NCBI GenBank assembly: GCA_965204535.1
Contig: CBDBEV010000001.1
Coordinates: 2,752,001 to 2,816,000 of the forward strand
Direction: 5' to 3'
Source: a bacterium
Lineage (GTDB): Bacteria > UBA8248
Length of the DNA: 64,000 bases
Shown: positions 38,750-48,676 of the stretch, in pieces
Position numbering within the stretch: position 1 is the first letter of the stretch
Layout: each line of letters opens with the position of its first letter
The notes under the pieces: model-generated
What the model saw: the letters and a program-made list of their open reading frames with translations, nothing else
Databases searched by the model: none
Told to the model about the DNA's origin: nothing
Program-made: the position numbers and the translations under genes

Positions 38750-39901
38750 TCACCCCAGCCTCTCCCGCAGCCACCGGAACGACTCCGGCGCCCACTTGGC
38801 GAAGTGCTTGAAGGCGCAGTGGCCGTCATCCGGGTAGACGCGCGCCTCCTTGCCGGTCACGGGGCCGTGCTCGAGCATGTAGTAGATGTTCCCGACGGAC
38901 GCCAGGTGATCCTGTTTTCCGTTGATCATCAGGACGGGGCAGACGATTTTCTCCACGAGACCCAGTTCGCTCAGCGACCAGCGCTTGAACAGCGCCTCTT
39001 CTTTCTCGGCCGTGGTTTCGGGAAACGAGGGGCCGTCGCCGGGCGCGCCGAAGATGTAGGCCGCGCGCCTGTTCGTGTTGGCGACGTAGTTCGCCATCTC
39101 CGCCTCCGTCATGCGGTAGCCGAAGTGGTGGCCCGCGCTCGCCACGGCGGCGCGCACCTTTTCGGGACAGGAACCCGCCAGCAGCATCACCGAATGCCCG
39201 CCCCGGCTGATGCCGAACGCGCCGATGCGCTCCGCGTCCACCTCGGGACGGGCGGCGAGGTAGTCGACCGCCGCCTTCCACGCGACGACGGATTCGGGTT
39301 CGTAGGGAAAGGGGTTCTCCCCCGTGCCGGGGCCGTCCATCACCAGGGTGGCGAGGCCGTTTTCCAGGGCCATCCCGCCCGCCCAGCCGCGGTCTTCCTT
39401 GAACATGTCCCCGCCGCACATGACGAGGACGGCGGGGGCGGGGTTTGCCGCGCTCGCTTCTTTCGGCGCGCGGAAATGGGAGGTGATGCGCTCGCCCTGG
39501 CATTCTACGCCGACGACTTCAAGCGGCGGGTCGAGATGCTCGCACGCTCTCAAGTAAGCGCGTATGCAATCCTGGTTCGCTTGTTCCTTGAGCGGTGTGA
39601 GGGGGCGGGGGAATCGCGCGAGGCTGTAGTAGGTCTTGGCGAGCAGAAACTTCTCCCGCGCGGCGCTCGTATCGCCACCGGCGGCGAGTTCTTCCGCCTG
39701 CTCTTCATAGCGCGCGCCTATCCCGCGCCATACGGGAACCCAGAGATTATCCGTCGTGCCCTTAAGAGACGCGACGGCGCCTTTCAACTCCTCGATGTCC
39801 TCGATCATGGAGAGCCACCGGCGGTAGAAGCCGCCGTGCTCCACGACGAAGGGGTCTTCGCTGGGCGCGAAGGGGAGGTTGTCAAGGGAGGATTCGTTCA
39901 T
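38750..39901 (-). CDS. Alpha/beta hydrolase (FrsA/DHPON-hydrolase-like)
   Basis: CGGDMFKE, MDGPGTGE, nucleophile elbow GISRGG, NGKQD, DDGHCA. Confidence 0.88.
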   Translation of the reverse strand: MNESSLDNLPFAPSEDPFVVEHGGFYRRWLSMIEDIEELKGAVASLKGTTDNLWVPVWRGIGARYEEQAEELAAGGDTSAAREKFLLAKTYYSLARFPRPLTPLKEQANQDCIRAYLRACEHLDPPLEVVGVECQGERITSHFRAPKEASAANPAPAVLVMCGGDMFKEDRGWAGGMALENGLATLVMDGPGTGENPFPYEPESVVAWKAAVDYLAARPEVDAERIGAFGISRGGHSVMLLAGSCPEKVRAAVASAGHHFGYRMTEAEMANYVANTNRRAAYIFGAPGDGPSFPETTAEKEEALFKRWSLSELGLVEKIVCPVLMINGKQDHLASVGNIYYMLEHGPVTGKEARVYPDDGHCAFKHFAKWAPESFRWLRERLG

Positions 39902-39942
39902 CGTCTCTTTCTCTGCAAAACTGTCTCAAACGCCGATGGACC

Positions 39943-40181
39943 GGGGCTGTTGAAAACCCCCTGAGAGGGGAATGGCAACCCTCTGAAAGGGAAACCCCTA
40001 AAGGCAACCCCCCCTACCCCCCCTTGTCAGGGGGGTATAAAAAGTCGATGCGCCCCCGCTGGGCCGAGGGGGGTTTTGCTTTTTCTTGCCCCCCTGACAA
40101 GGGGGGGTAGGGGGGGTTGGTTTTCCCGTCAAGAGGGGCGTCCTCTCTACCCCCGAAAAAGGGGACTTTTTCCACAGCGCC
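39943..40181. mobile_element. MITE with IS1182-like ends and an internal long inverted repeat
   Basis: GGGGCTGTTGAAAA...TTTTCCACAGCGCC; flanks GGACC/GGACT (5-bp near-TSD); inner arms AACCCCCCCTACCCCCCCTTGTCAGGGGGG. Confidence 0.7.
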
Positions 40182-40206
40182 GGACTGTGGCGGATCAGGG
40201 ACGCAT

Positions 40207-40635
40207 CTAGACGTCCAGGTGCTCGTAGATTTCGACGACCATCCCGCCCTTGATGACGCCGTCGCTCAGGTGGCCTGCCAGGACTTTCTCGGGCTCGCCC
40301 GGCCCGCCGCTGATGGCCATGTGCACGTGGACGTAGGGCTGGGGTTCGTCCCAGGTCACGTCGCCGAGAGCGAGGGGCGGTTCGTCCGGCCAGGTGATGT
40401 TGCCGAGCGCCACGAGTTCGCGCCAGCCCTCGAAGTGCAGGCGGTCGACGTCGTAGCCGTCCATGCTCTTGAAGCCCGATATCATGTCCGTCTCGGCAAG
40501 GGCGCCGATGAGGAAAACCGAACCCGCGCGGATGTTCTTCTCCTTCACGAGGTCGCACAGGTTCGTATAGAAATTGTCTCCGGCCTCGAGCGTGACGCGG
40601 AAGATGCGGCCGATTCTCTTCTCTTCTACTCTCAT
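40207..40635 (-). CDS. PPC/DUF296 domain protein
   Basis: LEAGDN, IGAL, ELVALGNI, VHVHMAIS, AGHL, VEI. Confidence 0.85.
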   Translation of the reverse strand: MRVEEKRIGRIFRVTLEAGDNFYTNLCDLVKEKNIRAGSVFLIGALAETDMISGFKSMDGYDVDRLHFEGWRELVALGNITWPDEPPLALGDVTWDEPQPYVHVHMAISGGPGEPEKVLAGHLSDGVIKGGMVVEIYEHLDV

Positions 40636-40671
40636 TTACGCCTCCTTGTCGGATGATGATGGAGCCGGTTT

Positions 40672-41532
40672 CTAGCGCTCAGAGACGACCTCGTCATAAA
40701 GCCGTTCGAGACCGTCGCGGAAGGTGTCTTTTCTCTGCTGGAGCCAGTATTCGCCGCGCGTTTCGTCGGCGTGGAAATAGGTGAGGAATTTCGGGTCCTG
40801 GACGGCTTCGTCTTTTTCTTTTCCGGCGGCGACGACCTCGACCATGATCTCCATCATCCCGCTCAGGGTATTTTTGAGTTTTGTGGCCACTTCCTTGCCG
40901 CATATCTCCCCGTGGCCGGGGACGATGGTCTCGATATCGAGGCCCTCCACCCAGGCGAGCGCCTCAATCCACTCGCGCACGAAGGCGTCGCGCATGCCGG
41001 CCGAGGGGCCGTTGATCACGACGTCGCCTGCGAAGAGCACGCCCTCCTCGGGCACGAGGACGGAGGTGCACGCCGGGGAGTGGCCGCCCTTGCGGTGAAT
41101 CTCGAACGTGAGCGGCGGCAGGTGCAGCGTGAGGGTGTCTTCGAAGCAGAACTGGGGAAGCGGGACGGCGGCGTTCGTGATCTCGTCCGCCTCCTCGGTG
41201 AAGCCCAGGTCTCTCAACGTATTCACGAAGATTTCCTTGGAGAATGCGTTGTCGCCCTTCGATATCTCGTCGTAGACGAATTGGGGGGCGATGAGCGCCA
41301 CGTCTCCTTCGATGAACGAGGAACCCGTGGTGTGGTCGCCGTGGTAATCGGTGGCGATGAGGTAGCGCACGCCCTGCGGGCTTAGAGCCGAGACCTTTTC
41401 CTGCCAATCGCGCGAATCGCTCGGCCGCACCGGGCAGTCGAGGAGGACGACGCCGCACTCGGTGACGGCGGCGCCCACGTTCGCCCAGTCGTAGTCGGTC
41501 TCTGCGTATAGATGCTCGGACAGGCGCTTCAT
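40672..41532 (-). CDS. Metallo-beta-lactamase fold hydrolase
   Basis: TDYHGDH, GGHS, FAGD, VPGHG. Confidence 0.85.
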   Translation of the reverse strand: MKRLSEHLYAETDYDWANVGAAVTECGVVLLDCPVRPSDSRDWQEKVSALSPQGVRYLIATDYHGDHTTGSSFIEGDVALIAPQFVYDEISKGDNAFSKEIFVNTLRDLGFTEEADEITNAAVPLPQFCFEDTLTLHLPPLTFEIHRKGGHSPACTSVLVPEEGVLFAGDVVINGPSAGMRDAFVREWIEALAWVEGLDIETIVPGHGEICGKEVATKLKNTLSGMMEIMVEVVAAGKEKDEAVQDPKFLTYFHADETRGEYWLQQRKDTFRDGLERLYDEVVSER

Positions 41533-41643
41533 GGCGGTCTCTCTTTCCGGTTGACGTGAATGAGGATGTTCGCGCAAGAATACCCCCAAGCATCCGCTCC
41601 GGCAAGACGCTCATACACTTTGGTGAAGGGGAGGAAACCCGTT

Positions 41644-42459
41644 TTGGAACTCATACTCCTGGGCGTGGGCGCGCCGCCGCCTACTCCCCAGAAAAGCGGT
41701 CCGTGCAACGCGCTCGTCAAGGGCGGGGAGCTCTATCTGGTGGACGCCGCCCGCGGCGCCGCGACCCAGATCATGAAGTCGGGCTTTCACGTCAGCAAGG
41801 TGGACCACCTGTTTTTCACGCACTTTCACTCCGATCACTACACGGGTTTCGGCGAGTTCTTCATCTCGCGATGGATCATGGGCGCATCGACGCCGCTCAA
41901 GGTCTACGGGCCTTCACCCGTCGAGGAAATCGTCGAGCGGATGCTCCGCTATTATGAGTACGACATCGATCTGAGGGCGGAGGAGGGAAAGCCCAGGGCG
42001 GGAAGCGATATCGAGGTGTCCGTCCTTGCGCCCGGCGATGCGCTCGAGGTGGACAGCATCGGAATCCGCGTTGACAAGGGCACGAATCACGGCAACGTGG
42101 ACGACATCGTCTCCTACGCGTTCGAGGCGGAGGGGAGAAAGATCGTCATTGCGAGCGACGGCAGTCCGACGGAGAAGCTGGTTCCTCTGGCGCGGGGGGC
42201 GGACGTGCTGGTCATGCACCCCTGCCTGCCGGAACTCATCAACGAGAATTACGGGAGTTTCAGGGCCACGGCGAAGATCGTGGCGGCCCACCACGCCACG
42301 GCGGAAGAAGTCGGGAGAACCGCCGCCGAGGCCGGCGTCGGTAAACTCGTTTTCTCGCACGTCGTCCCGCCCCTGGCGCCGAACGATAAGGTGAGCGAGG
42401 CGATAGCCTCTTATTTCGACGGCGAAATCGTCGCAGGCCAAGATCTGATGCGGCTGTGA
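41644..42459 (+). CDS. MBL-fold hydrolase, RNase Z/arylsulfatase-like
   Basis: LILLGVG, THFHSDH, ASD, HATAEEVG, LVFSH; GGAGG before TTG 41644. Confidence 0.85.
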   Translation: MELILLGVGAPPPTPQKSGPCNALVKGGELYLVDAARGAATQIMKSGFHVSKVDHLFFTHFHSDHYTGFGEFFISRWIMGASTPLKVYGPSPVEEIVERMLRYYEYDIDLRAEEGKPRAGSDIEVSVLAPGDALEVDSIGIRVDKGTNHGNVDDIVSYAFEAEGRKIVIASDGSPTEKLVPLARGADVLVMHPCLPELINENYGSFRATAKIVAAHHATAEEVGRTAAEAGVGKLVFSHVVPPLAPNDKVSEAIASYFDGEIVAGQDLMRL

Positions 42460-42476
42460 GGCGGATGTCCTCTCCG

Positions 42477-42730
42477 AGGTCTGCTGAAAAAGCCCTCATC
42501 CTCAGGGGATAAAGGCAACCCCCCCTACCCCCCCTTGTCAGGGGGGCAAGAAAAAGCAAAACCCCCTCAACCCTGCGGGGGCGTATCGCCTTTTTATACC
42601 CCCCTGACAAGGGGGGGTAGGGGGGGTTGGTTTTCAAGGCGAGAGCCTGCGCCGCCGTCCGGTTTCGGGTTTTGGCCGTCATTCCGGCGGTGGACAATTC
42701 CGGGCCTGTGCGGACTTTTCCAACAACCCC
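42477..42730. mobile_element. Second MITE with IS1182-like ends and the same inner inverted repeat
   Basis: AGGTCTGCTGAAAAAG...CTTTTCCAACAACCCC; inner unit 42510-42635 matches 39999-40125. Confidence 0.65.
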
Positions 42731-42859
42731 GGGCAGGGCGCATTTGCCGGATGCAACGTAATCGCGCTTGTGGCATACTCCCCCCATCCAGTTCAAGAAA
42801 AGCGTTTACTCTTTCGTGAGGCAAACTGTCTATTTTCATTTTCCGAGAGGAGAAACAAG

Positions 42860-43870
42860 ATGAGAAAGTGGTTTGGATTCTTATGCCTGATTCTCGCGCT
42901 GAGCCTCGTGCCGGTCGGCTTCGTGGCGACCGACGCAGAGGCGGCCAAGTTCCGCATCGGCATGCACCGCCAGACGTTCGGCTCCTTCACGGCGGTCGCC
43001 ATGGGGATGGGCTATTTCGATGAGGAGTTCGGCAAGGGCAACTGGGACGTAAAAGTTTTCGCGCAGGGCAAGCTCGTCATCGAGGCGCTGCTCTCGCGCA
43101 GTCTGGACGTGGGCCACGGCGCCACGCGGCCCTACGTGGACGGGGTGGCGAAAAAGGCGGGCCTGGTGATGGTTTCCGCCAGTTCTTCCTGGTGTAAATC
43201 CATCTCGATCTGGGTGCCGCTCGATTCCCCGATCAAGACGGTGGCCGACTTGAAGGGCAAGACCATCGCCGAGAAGAAGGGTACGTCCACCCACTTCGTC
43301 TTTGACAACGGCATCCTGCCCGCGTTCGGCATGAAGCCGGGCGACATCAAGATCATGAACACCACCACGGCGGAACGCCTCTCGGCCTTCCGGGCCAAGG
43401 TGGTTTCCGCGATGGTCATCGGCGCGCCCACCTCGTTCCGCCTGACGGACAAGAAATGGGGCCGGCCCATCGTGGATTACTGCAAGTACGACAATCCGCC
43501 GGCGATGATCTTCATCGAACTCGCGAACCCCAGAACGCTCAAGAGCAATCCCGAAGGCGTGACGAAGTATCTGCGCGCCTATCTCAAGTCCGCGAAACTC
43601 TGGAAGAGCGACCCCGACAAGTTCGCGAAGGTCTACCACAAGTGGCTGATATCGAAGGGCCGCAAGGTGGATTACTCCATCGCCAGGCGCTCCATTGACG
43701 TGGTGCGGCCGCTCTATAAGATCACCCCGCGCATCATCAACGCGCTGAACGCGACCGCCAAGGTGCAGAAGGGCCGCGGCAAAATTCGCCGCCTGCCGGA
43801 TTTCGCGGGCGGCGAGGGCATCGAGAGAGGCCCGCTCGATAAGGCGCTGGCCAGCATGAAGATGAACTAA
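42860..43870 (+). CDS. ABC transporter substrate-binding protein (SsuA/NMT1-like), no linked permease
   Basis: Signal peptide; GYFDEE, SPIKTVADLKGKTIAEKKGTSTH; GAGGAG RBS. Confidence 0.82.
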   Translation: MRKWFGFLCLILALSLVPVGFVATDAEAAKFRIGMHRQTFGSFTAVAMGMGYFDEEFGKGNWDVKVFAQGKLVIEALLSRSLDVGHGATRPYVDGVAKKAGLVMVSASSSWCKSISIWVPLDSPIKTVADLKGKTIAEKKGTSTHFVFDNGILPAFGMKPGDIKIMNTTTAERLSAFRAKVVSAMVIGAPTSFRLTDKKWGRPIVDYCKYDNPPAMIFIELANPRTLKSNPEGVTKYLRAYLKSAKLWKSDPDKFAKVYHKWLISKGRKVDYSIARRSIDVVRPLYKITPRIINALNATAKVQKGRGKIRRLPDFAGGEGIERGPLDKALASMKMN

Positions 43871-43890
43871 GTTTTTTCGGTTCGTTGCCT

Positions 43891-43933
43891 AAGGCTGCGG
43901 GGGCGTGTGATTGGCCTCCGCAGCCTTTGTTTT
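43891..43933 (+). terminator. Probable Rho-independent terminator
   Basis: AAGGCTGCGGGGGC...GCCTCCGCAGCCTT followed by TGTTTT. Confidence 0.65.
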
Positions 43934-43970
43934 GCCGTATCGAAGCACGAGACTTGTTGGAGTATGAAGG

Positions 43971-45056
43971 GTGGCTGAACTGAAGATCACGAAGATAGAG
44001 GCGAAATCTCTCAAGGTGCCCCTGGCCCGCGCGATAGGAAGCGCGAACAGCACGAAGTCGGAACTCGATTATCTGGTGGTCTTCCTCCACACCGAAAACG
44101 GCCCGACGGGCTGCGGCTTCGTGATGGGCCTGGGCGGGGAGACCTCGACGACGCTCGTTCCCTACATCGAAAAGGAACTGGCGCCCCTGGCGGTGGGCCG
44201 GGACGCCCTGGCGCCCGAGGCGCTCTGGGCGCGTCTGTGGGGGCCGAACAAGCCGAGGATGCGCGGCGGGCTGGGCGTACAGGCGCTCTCGGCAGTAGAT
44301 ACCGCCTGCTGGGACGCGCTCGCCAGGGCGTCGGGGTTGCCTCTCTCCCGCATACTGGGCGGCTTCAGGAACGAGGTTCCCGTCTACGGCAGCGGGGGCT
44401 GGCTCACGTTCACCGACGCGGAGATGGTGGATGAGTGCATGGGCTTCATGGAGAAGGGAATCGGCGCGTACAAGCTCAAGCTGGGCACGAACCGGGATGA
44501 GGAGCGAATCCGCCTCTTGAGAGATGAGGTCGGCGATTCGGTCGTCCTGTTCACGGACGCCAACCAGAAGTACAACCCGCGTGAGGCGCTCGAGATGGCC
44601 GCGATGCTCGCCGAATACGACGTGCGATGGTTCGAGGAGCCCGTGCTTGCCGATTCGGTGGACGATCTGGCGGACGTGGCCGAAAGGAGTCCCGTACCCG
44701 TCGCCGCCGGTGAAAACGCATATATGCGCTGGGGCTTTCGCGAAATCTGCGAGAGGCGGGCGGCGGCGTATCTCCAGCCCGACGTGGGCCGATGCGGCGG
44801 CGTGACGGAGTTTCGTAAAATCGCCCATCTGGCGGATTCTTATAATCTCTCGCTGTGCGCGCATCTCCTCCAGGAGGTATCGGTAAGCCTCCTCGCCGCG
44901 ACGCCGAGCGGCTATATGGTGGAATACGTGGAGATGCTGCCTCCCGATACGCTCACGCGGGAATTCCCCGTGGTGAGCGGCTGCATGGCGGTTCCGGACG
45001 TCCCCGGGCACGGTGTGGAATTTTCTGAGGAGGCGATACGGCGATATGGCGCTTGA
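43971..45056 (+). CDS. Mandelate racemase/muconate lactonizing enzyme family (enolase superfamily)
   Basis: AVDTACWD, VPVYGSGG, YKLKLG, TDANQ, WFEEP, AAGEN, QPDV. Confidence 0.92.
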   Translation: MAELKITKIEAKSLKVPLARAIGSANSTKSELDYLVVFLHTENGPTGCGFVMGLGGETSTTLVPYIEKELAPLAVGRDALAPEALWARLWGPNKPRMRGGLGVQALSAVDTACWDALARASGLPLSRILGGFRNEVPVYGSGGWLTFTDAEMVDECMGFMEKGIGAYKLKLGTNRDEERIRLLRDEVGDSVVLFTDANQKYNPREALEMAAMLAEYDVRWFEEPVLADSVDDLADVAERSPVPVAAGENAYMRWGFREICERRAAAYLQPDVGRCGGVTEFRKIAHLADSYNLSLCAHLLQEVSVSLLAATPSGYMVEYVEMLPPDTLTREFPVVSGCMAVPDVPGHGVEFSEEAIRRYGA

Positions 45057-45057
45057 G

Positions 45058-45232
45058 GAGGTTGTTGAAAAAGCCTGGATGAGGAAGGGTTTGGCACGAG
45101 CGGGGAGAAGGACGGTTTTTTGTAGGGGACGCATAGTATGCGTCCCTGCCGTTTCGCCGCCCGGCGCGGGTCGCATATATGCGACCCCTACACACAAGAG
45201 ATCCGCCCGATAGAGGCTTTTTCAACAGCCCC
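45058..45232. mobile_element. Third MITE with IS1182-like ends, carrying a GTAG REP doublet
   Basis: GAGGTTGTTGAAAAAGCCT...AGGCTTTTTCAACAGCCCC, flanked by direct TTGAG on both sides; inner GTAGGGGACGCATAGTATGCGTCCC..GGGTCGCATATATGCGACCCCTAC (45122-45191). Confidence 0.78.
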
Positions 45233-45248
45233 TTGAGGAGGAGGTAGC

Positions 45249-46133
45249 TTGGCTAAAAAAATCGCATTCCTGGGACTCGGCAACATGGGCGGGGCCGTCG
45301 CCGCCAACATGAAAAGAGCGGGCTTCGAAGTGGTGGGCTACGACCCGAGCCCGGCGGCGCAGGAGGCGGCGCGAGAAACCGGAATAACGGTTTTCGATTC
45401 TCCCGCCGAGGCGGCCCGTGGGGCGGACTACGTGTGCAGTTCGGTGCCCAGGGGAGAGCACGTGCGCGACGCCTATCTTGGGGAAAAGGGCGCGCTGCTC
45501 ACCGCGAAGGAAGGCGCTGTGTGTTTCGATTTCTCCACCATCCTGCCGGAGGAGAGCATCGCCGTGGCCGAAGAAGCCTCAGCCCGCGGCTTTCATTTTC
45601 TGGACGCCCCCATCAGCGGAAACGCCATCATCGCGCGCGATGCGAAGATCGGCTTCATGGTGGGAGGAGATAAAGAGATTCTGGATGCGCACCGCGCCGT
45701 GCTGGACTGCGCGTGTGAGCTGCTCGATTATTTCGGCCCAAACGGATCGGGACTCCGGATGAAGCTCATCACGAACCATCTCGTCTCGGCCCAGCTGTGC
45801 GCTCTGGCGGAGGGCTTCACCTTAGGCGTGAAGTCGGGCCTGGACCCGGACCAGATGATGGAATACCTCTATTCGAGCACCGTCTTTCGCGTGATGAACA
45901 CGCGCGGCCGGGGCTTGAGGAACAAGGAATACGAGCCCGTGAAGTTCGCGCTCGCCCTCATGCACAAGGACTTGGGGCTGATCCGCGAGTTCGCCCGCGC
46001 AAACGGTGCTCCCTCACCCGTTATCGACGCGGTCGGGAAGGCGTATCAGGGCGCGATGGATATGGGCCTTGGGTCTATGGATCAGGGCGTCGTGCGCGAG
46101 TGGTTCGATCGCGAGGCGGGCTTGAGCGATTAA
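45249..46133 (+). CDS. 3-hydroxyisobutyrate dehydrogenase family NAD(P)-dependent oxidoreductase
   Basis: FLGLGNMG, FLDAPISG, FMVGG, MKLITN, LMHKDL. Confidence 0.9.
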   Translation: MAKKIAFLGLGNMGGAVAANMKRAGFEVVGYDPSPAAQEAARETGITVFDSPAEAARGADYVCSSVPRGEHVRDAYLGEKGALLTAKEGAVCFDFSTILPEESIAVAEEASARGFHFLDAPISGNAIIARDAKIGFMVGGDKEILDAHRAVLDCACELLDYFGPNGSGLRMKLITNHLVSAQLCALAEGFTLGVKSGLDPDQMMEYLYSSTVFRVMNTRGRGLRNKEYEPVKFALALMHKDLGLIREFARANGAPSPVIDAVGKAYQGAMDMGLGSMDQGVVREWFDREAGLSD

Positions 46134-46174
46134 GCAGGAATATCTTGTCGAATGTGATTCTGGAGGATGAGCCA

Positions 46175-47050
46175 TTGGAGCAGTTGACCGAAAACGTCTT
46201 TTTTTATGATTGCTACCCCACGGTGGGGATGGTGGTGACGGATGACGGTGTCATCGCGATAGACGGCCCCATGCGGCCCTCCGAGGCCATCGCCTGGCGC
46301 GATTTCATCGCAGAGAAGGGCCCGCTGCGCTATCTCGTCAACACCGAGCACCACCAGGATCACATCGCGGCGAACTGGTTCTTACAGCCCGAGCGGATCA
46401 TTTCGAGCGAGATCACCTATGCGGATTTCTACACCTCCATCGCCACGCCCGAAGACGGCGTTGAGCGCATGCTCAAATACGACCCCGAGAACGAGGCGCT
46501 GCTCGAGGGCTTCGAGCTAAGACCTCCCGAGATCACCTACAAGGGGCGGATGACGATTCGCCTGGGCGGCAAGACGTTCATCCTCATCGAATCCCCCGGC
46601 CACACGCGCGGGCAGACGGTCGTCCACGCGGTGGAGGACCGCGTCGCCTTCACGGCGGACAACCTCACGCCCGCCTTCAACGTGGCCTGTCACTCCGCTG
46701 ACGTGTGGGGCTGGTTCCAGTCGCTGGGCGTCCTCGAAGCCCTGGACGTGGACTGGTACGTGCCCGGACACGGCAGGCCTTGTCAAAAAGACGAGATACC
46801 CCGCCAGCGCGAGAAGCTCCATGAGCTGATCGACAAGGTCAGGGTCCTCAAGAACGATGGCCTCAGCCGCGAAGAGGTGCAGGACAAGGTGTTCGAGGTC
46901 TATGAGACAGAACTCAGCAGCATGGATCACCTGGGCGAGCGCCTCACCATGCTCAGAAGGGGCGGGCTCGGTAACATTTTTGATTATCTGGAAGAGCACC
47001 CCTCGGGTCCCTTGAGCAACCGGACGGACCCGGTGTGGCCGCACATCTGA
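46175..47050 (+). CDS. MBL-fold hydrolase, same subfamily as 40672-41532
   Basis: NTEHHQDH, PGHT, FTAD, VPGHG; GGAGG before TTG 46175. Confidence 0.85.
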   Translation: MEQLTENVFFYDCYPTVGMVVTDDGVIAIDGPMRPSEAIAWRDFIAEKGPLRYLVNTEHHQDHIAANWFLQPERIISSEITYADFYTSIATPEDGVERMLKYDPENEALLEGFELRPPEITYKGRMTIRLGGKTFILIESPGHTRGQTVVHAVEDRVAFTADNLTPAFNVACHSADVWGWFQSLGVLEALDVDWYVPGHGRPCQKDEIPRQREKLHELIDKVRVLKNDGLSREEVQDKVFEVYETELSSMDHLGERLTMLRRGGLGNIFDYLEEHPSGPLSNRTDPVWPHI

Positions 47051-47104
47051 GTCGAACGCCGCTTATATCTGACTTATTCACCAAGCAATGAGAGAGACCT
47101 TGCG

Positions 47105-48568
47105 ATGAAACCGATGAACCTGCTCGTCATCATGGCGGATGAGTTGAGCGTCAAAACGCTCGGCTGCTACGGCCATCAGGTGGTGCGAACCCCGAACATC
47201 GATCGCCTGGCGGCCTCGGGCGCCCGCTTTACGGGCGCCTATACGAATTCGCCGATTTGCACCGCCGCGCGGGCGAGCTTCGCCACGGGCCGCTACGTAC
47301 ACGAGATCGGTTGCTGGGACAACGCGAGCCCCTATACGGGCGAGCCGACGGGCTGGGGGCATCGTCTGCAGACCGAGGGACACCGCGTCACCTCTATCGG
47401 CAAGCTGCACTACAGGAACACAACGGACCCCACCGGCTTCGATGAGCAGATCGTGCCCATGCACGCGCGCGACGGCGGCGTGGGCAGCGTGCTGGGCTCG
47501 ATTCGCGACGAGTTGATCGTCCAGAAGGCGGACAAGCTCGCGCGCGAGATAGGCCCCGGCGAGACGAGCTATACGAACTACGACCTGGACATCGCCGAGA
47601 ATGCCTGCGCGTGGCTGGAGAGCGAGGCGGAAAAACATGGCGGCGGCCGCAAACCCTGGATGACCTTCGTCTCCTTCGTCTCGCCCCATTTCCCCCTGAT
47701 GGCGCCGAAGAAGTATTTCGACATGTACGCAACCGATGACGTGCCCATGCCCAAAGCCCACGCGCTCGACGGCCGCCCCCGGCATCCGTGGATAGAGGCG
47801 TACAGGAAATACGTGCCTTCGGACGACTTTTTCGACGACGAAAAGAGACGCGTCGCCATCGCCTCATATTTCGGGCTTTGCACGTTCCTGGACGATCTGG
47901 TGGGCCGTGTGCTGGAGAGTCTTGCGCGCGCGGGCCTCGCGGATTCCACCCGCGTCGTCTTCGCGAGCGATCACGGCGAGAACCTGGGCGCGCGGGGCAC
48001 CTGGGGCAAAGGCACGATGTACGAGGAATCGGCCGCCGTGCCGCTCATGATGGCCGGGCCGGACGTCGAAGCGGGCGCGGTGGTCGAGACGCCCGTATCG
48101 CTGCTCGATTTGTATCCCACGATTCTGGAGTCCGTGGGCGTTGCGCCGAACGAGGGCGACAAGAGCCGCGCAGGCCGCTCGCTCTATGGAATCGCCCGCG
48201 CGCCCTATGACGCCGAACGGGTCGTCTTCAGCGAATACCACGCCTCGGGTGCGGAGACGGCGGCCTACCTCATCCGCAAGGGGGAGAAGAAATACATCCA
48301 CTACGTGGGCTATCCGTCCGAACTCTACGATCTGGAAAGAGACCCCGAGGAGCAGGACGACCTCGCCGGAAAGCCGGAGAGTGAGGAGATCATCGCCGAA
48401 CTCGAAGGTGCCCTGCGCGATATTCTCGACCCCGAAGAGGTGGATGCGCGCGCCAAGCGCGATCAGGCGGCGCTCATTGAACGCCTCGGCGGACGCGATC
48501 ACGTCATCGAAACGGCGAAAACAGGCGCCACGCCCACGCCGGGCGATTATGGGGATGACGGGTATTGA
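47105..48568 (+). CDS. Formylglycine-dependent sulfatase (choline-sulfatase-like)
   Basis: NLLVIMADE, CTAAR (CxxxR), IGKLH, SPHFP, SDHGE. Confidence 0.92.
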   Translation: MKPMNLLVIMADELSVKTLGCYGHQVVRTPNIDRLAASGARFTGAYTNSPICTAARASFATGRYVHEIGCWDNASPYTGEPTGWGHRLQTEGHRVTSIGKLHYRNTTDPTGFDEQIVPMHARDGGVGSVLGSIRDELIVQKADKLAREIGPGETSYTNYDLDIAENACAWLESEAEKHGGGRKPWMTFVSFVSPHFPLMAPKKYFDMYATDDVPMPKAHALDGRPRHPWIEAYRKYVPSDDFFDDEKRRVAIASYFGLCTFLDDLVGRVLESLARAGLADSTRVVFASDHGENLGARGTWGKGTMYEESAAVPLMMAGPDVEAGAVVETPVSLLDLYPTILESVGVAPNEGDKSRAGRSLYGIARAPYDAERVVFSEYHASGAETAAYLIRKGEKKYIHYVGYPSELYDLERDPEEQDDLAGKPESEEIIAELEGALRDILDPEEVDARAKRDQAALIERLGGRDHVIETAKTGATPTPGDYGDDGY

Positions 48569-48636
48569 CCCAGCCACCGTGCGGATTCGGTGATCGTGCT
48601 TTCCTGATGTATTGACTCAAGCATAGTATAGATGCA

Positions 48637-48659
48637 ATATAATGTCTCTGACATTATAT
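48637..48659. promoter_or_regulatory. Palindromic operator overlapping TATAAT, probable TA autorepression site
   Basis: ATATAATGTC-TCT-GACATTATAT, 17 bp before the antitoxin start. Confidence 0.7.
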
Positions 48660-48676
48660 GACCTCAAGGAGGAGCC

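Noticed and set aside
34656-39000. Diversity-generating retroelement (template and variable repeat) explanation for the gene-end duplicates
   Set aside because: No reverse transcriptase in the window and the mismatches are not adenine-specific.
45797-46174. N-terminal extension of the MBL hydrolase
   Set aside because: Overlaps the dehydrogenase gene; GGAGG-TTG at 46175 matches the start of the related MBL gene.
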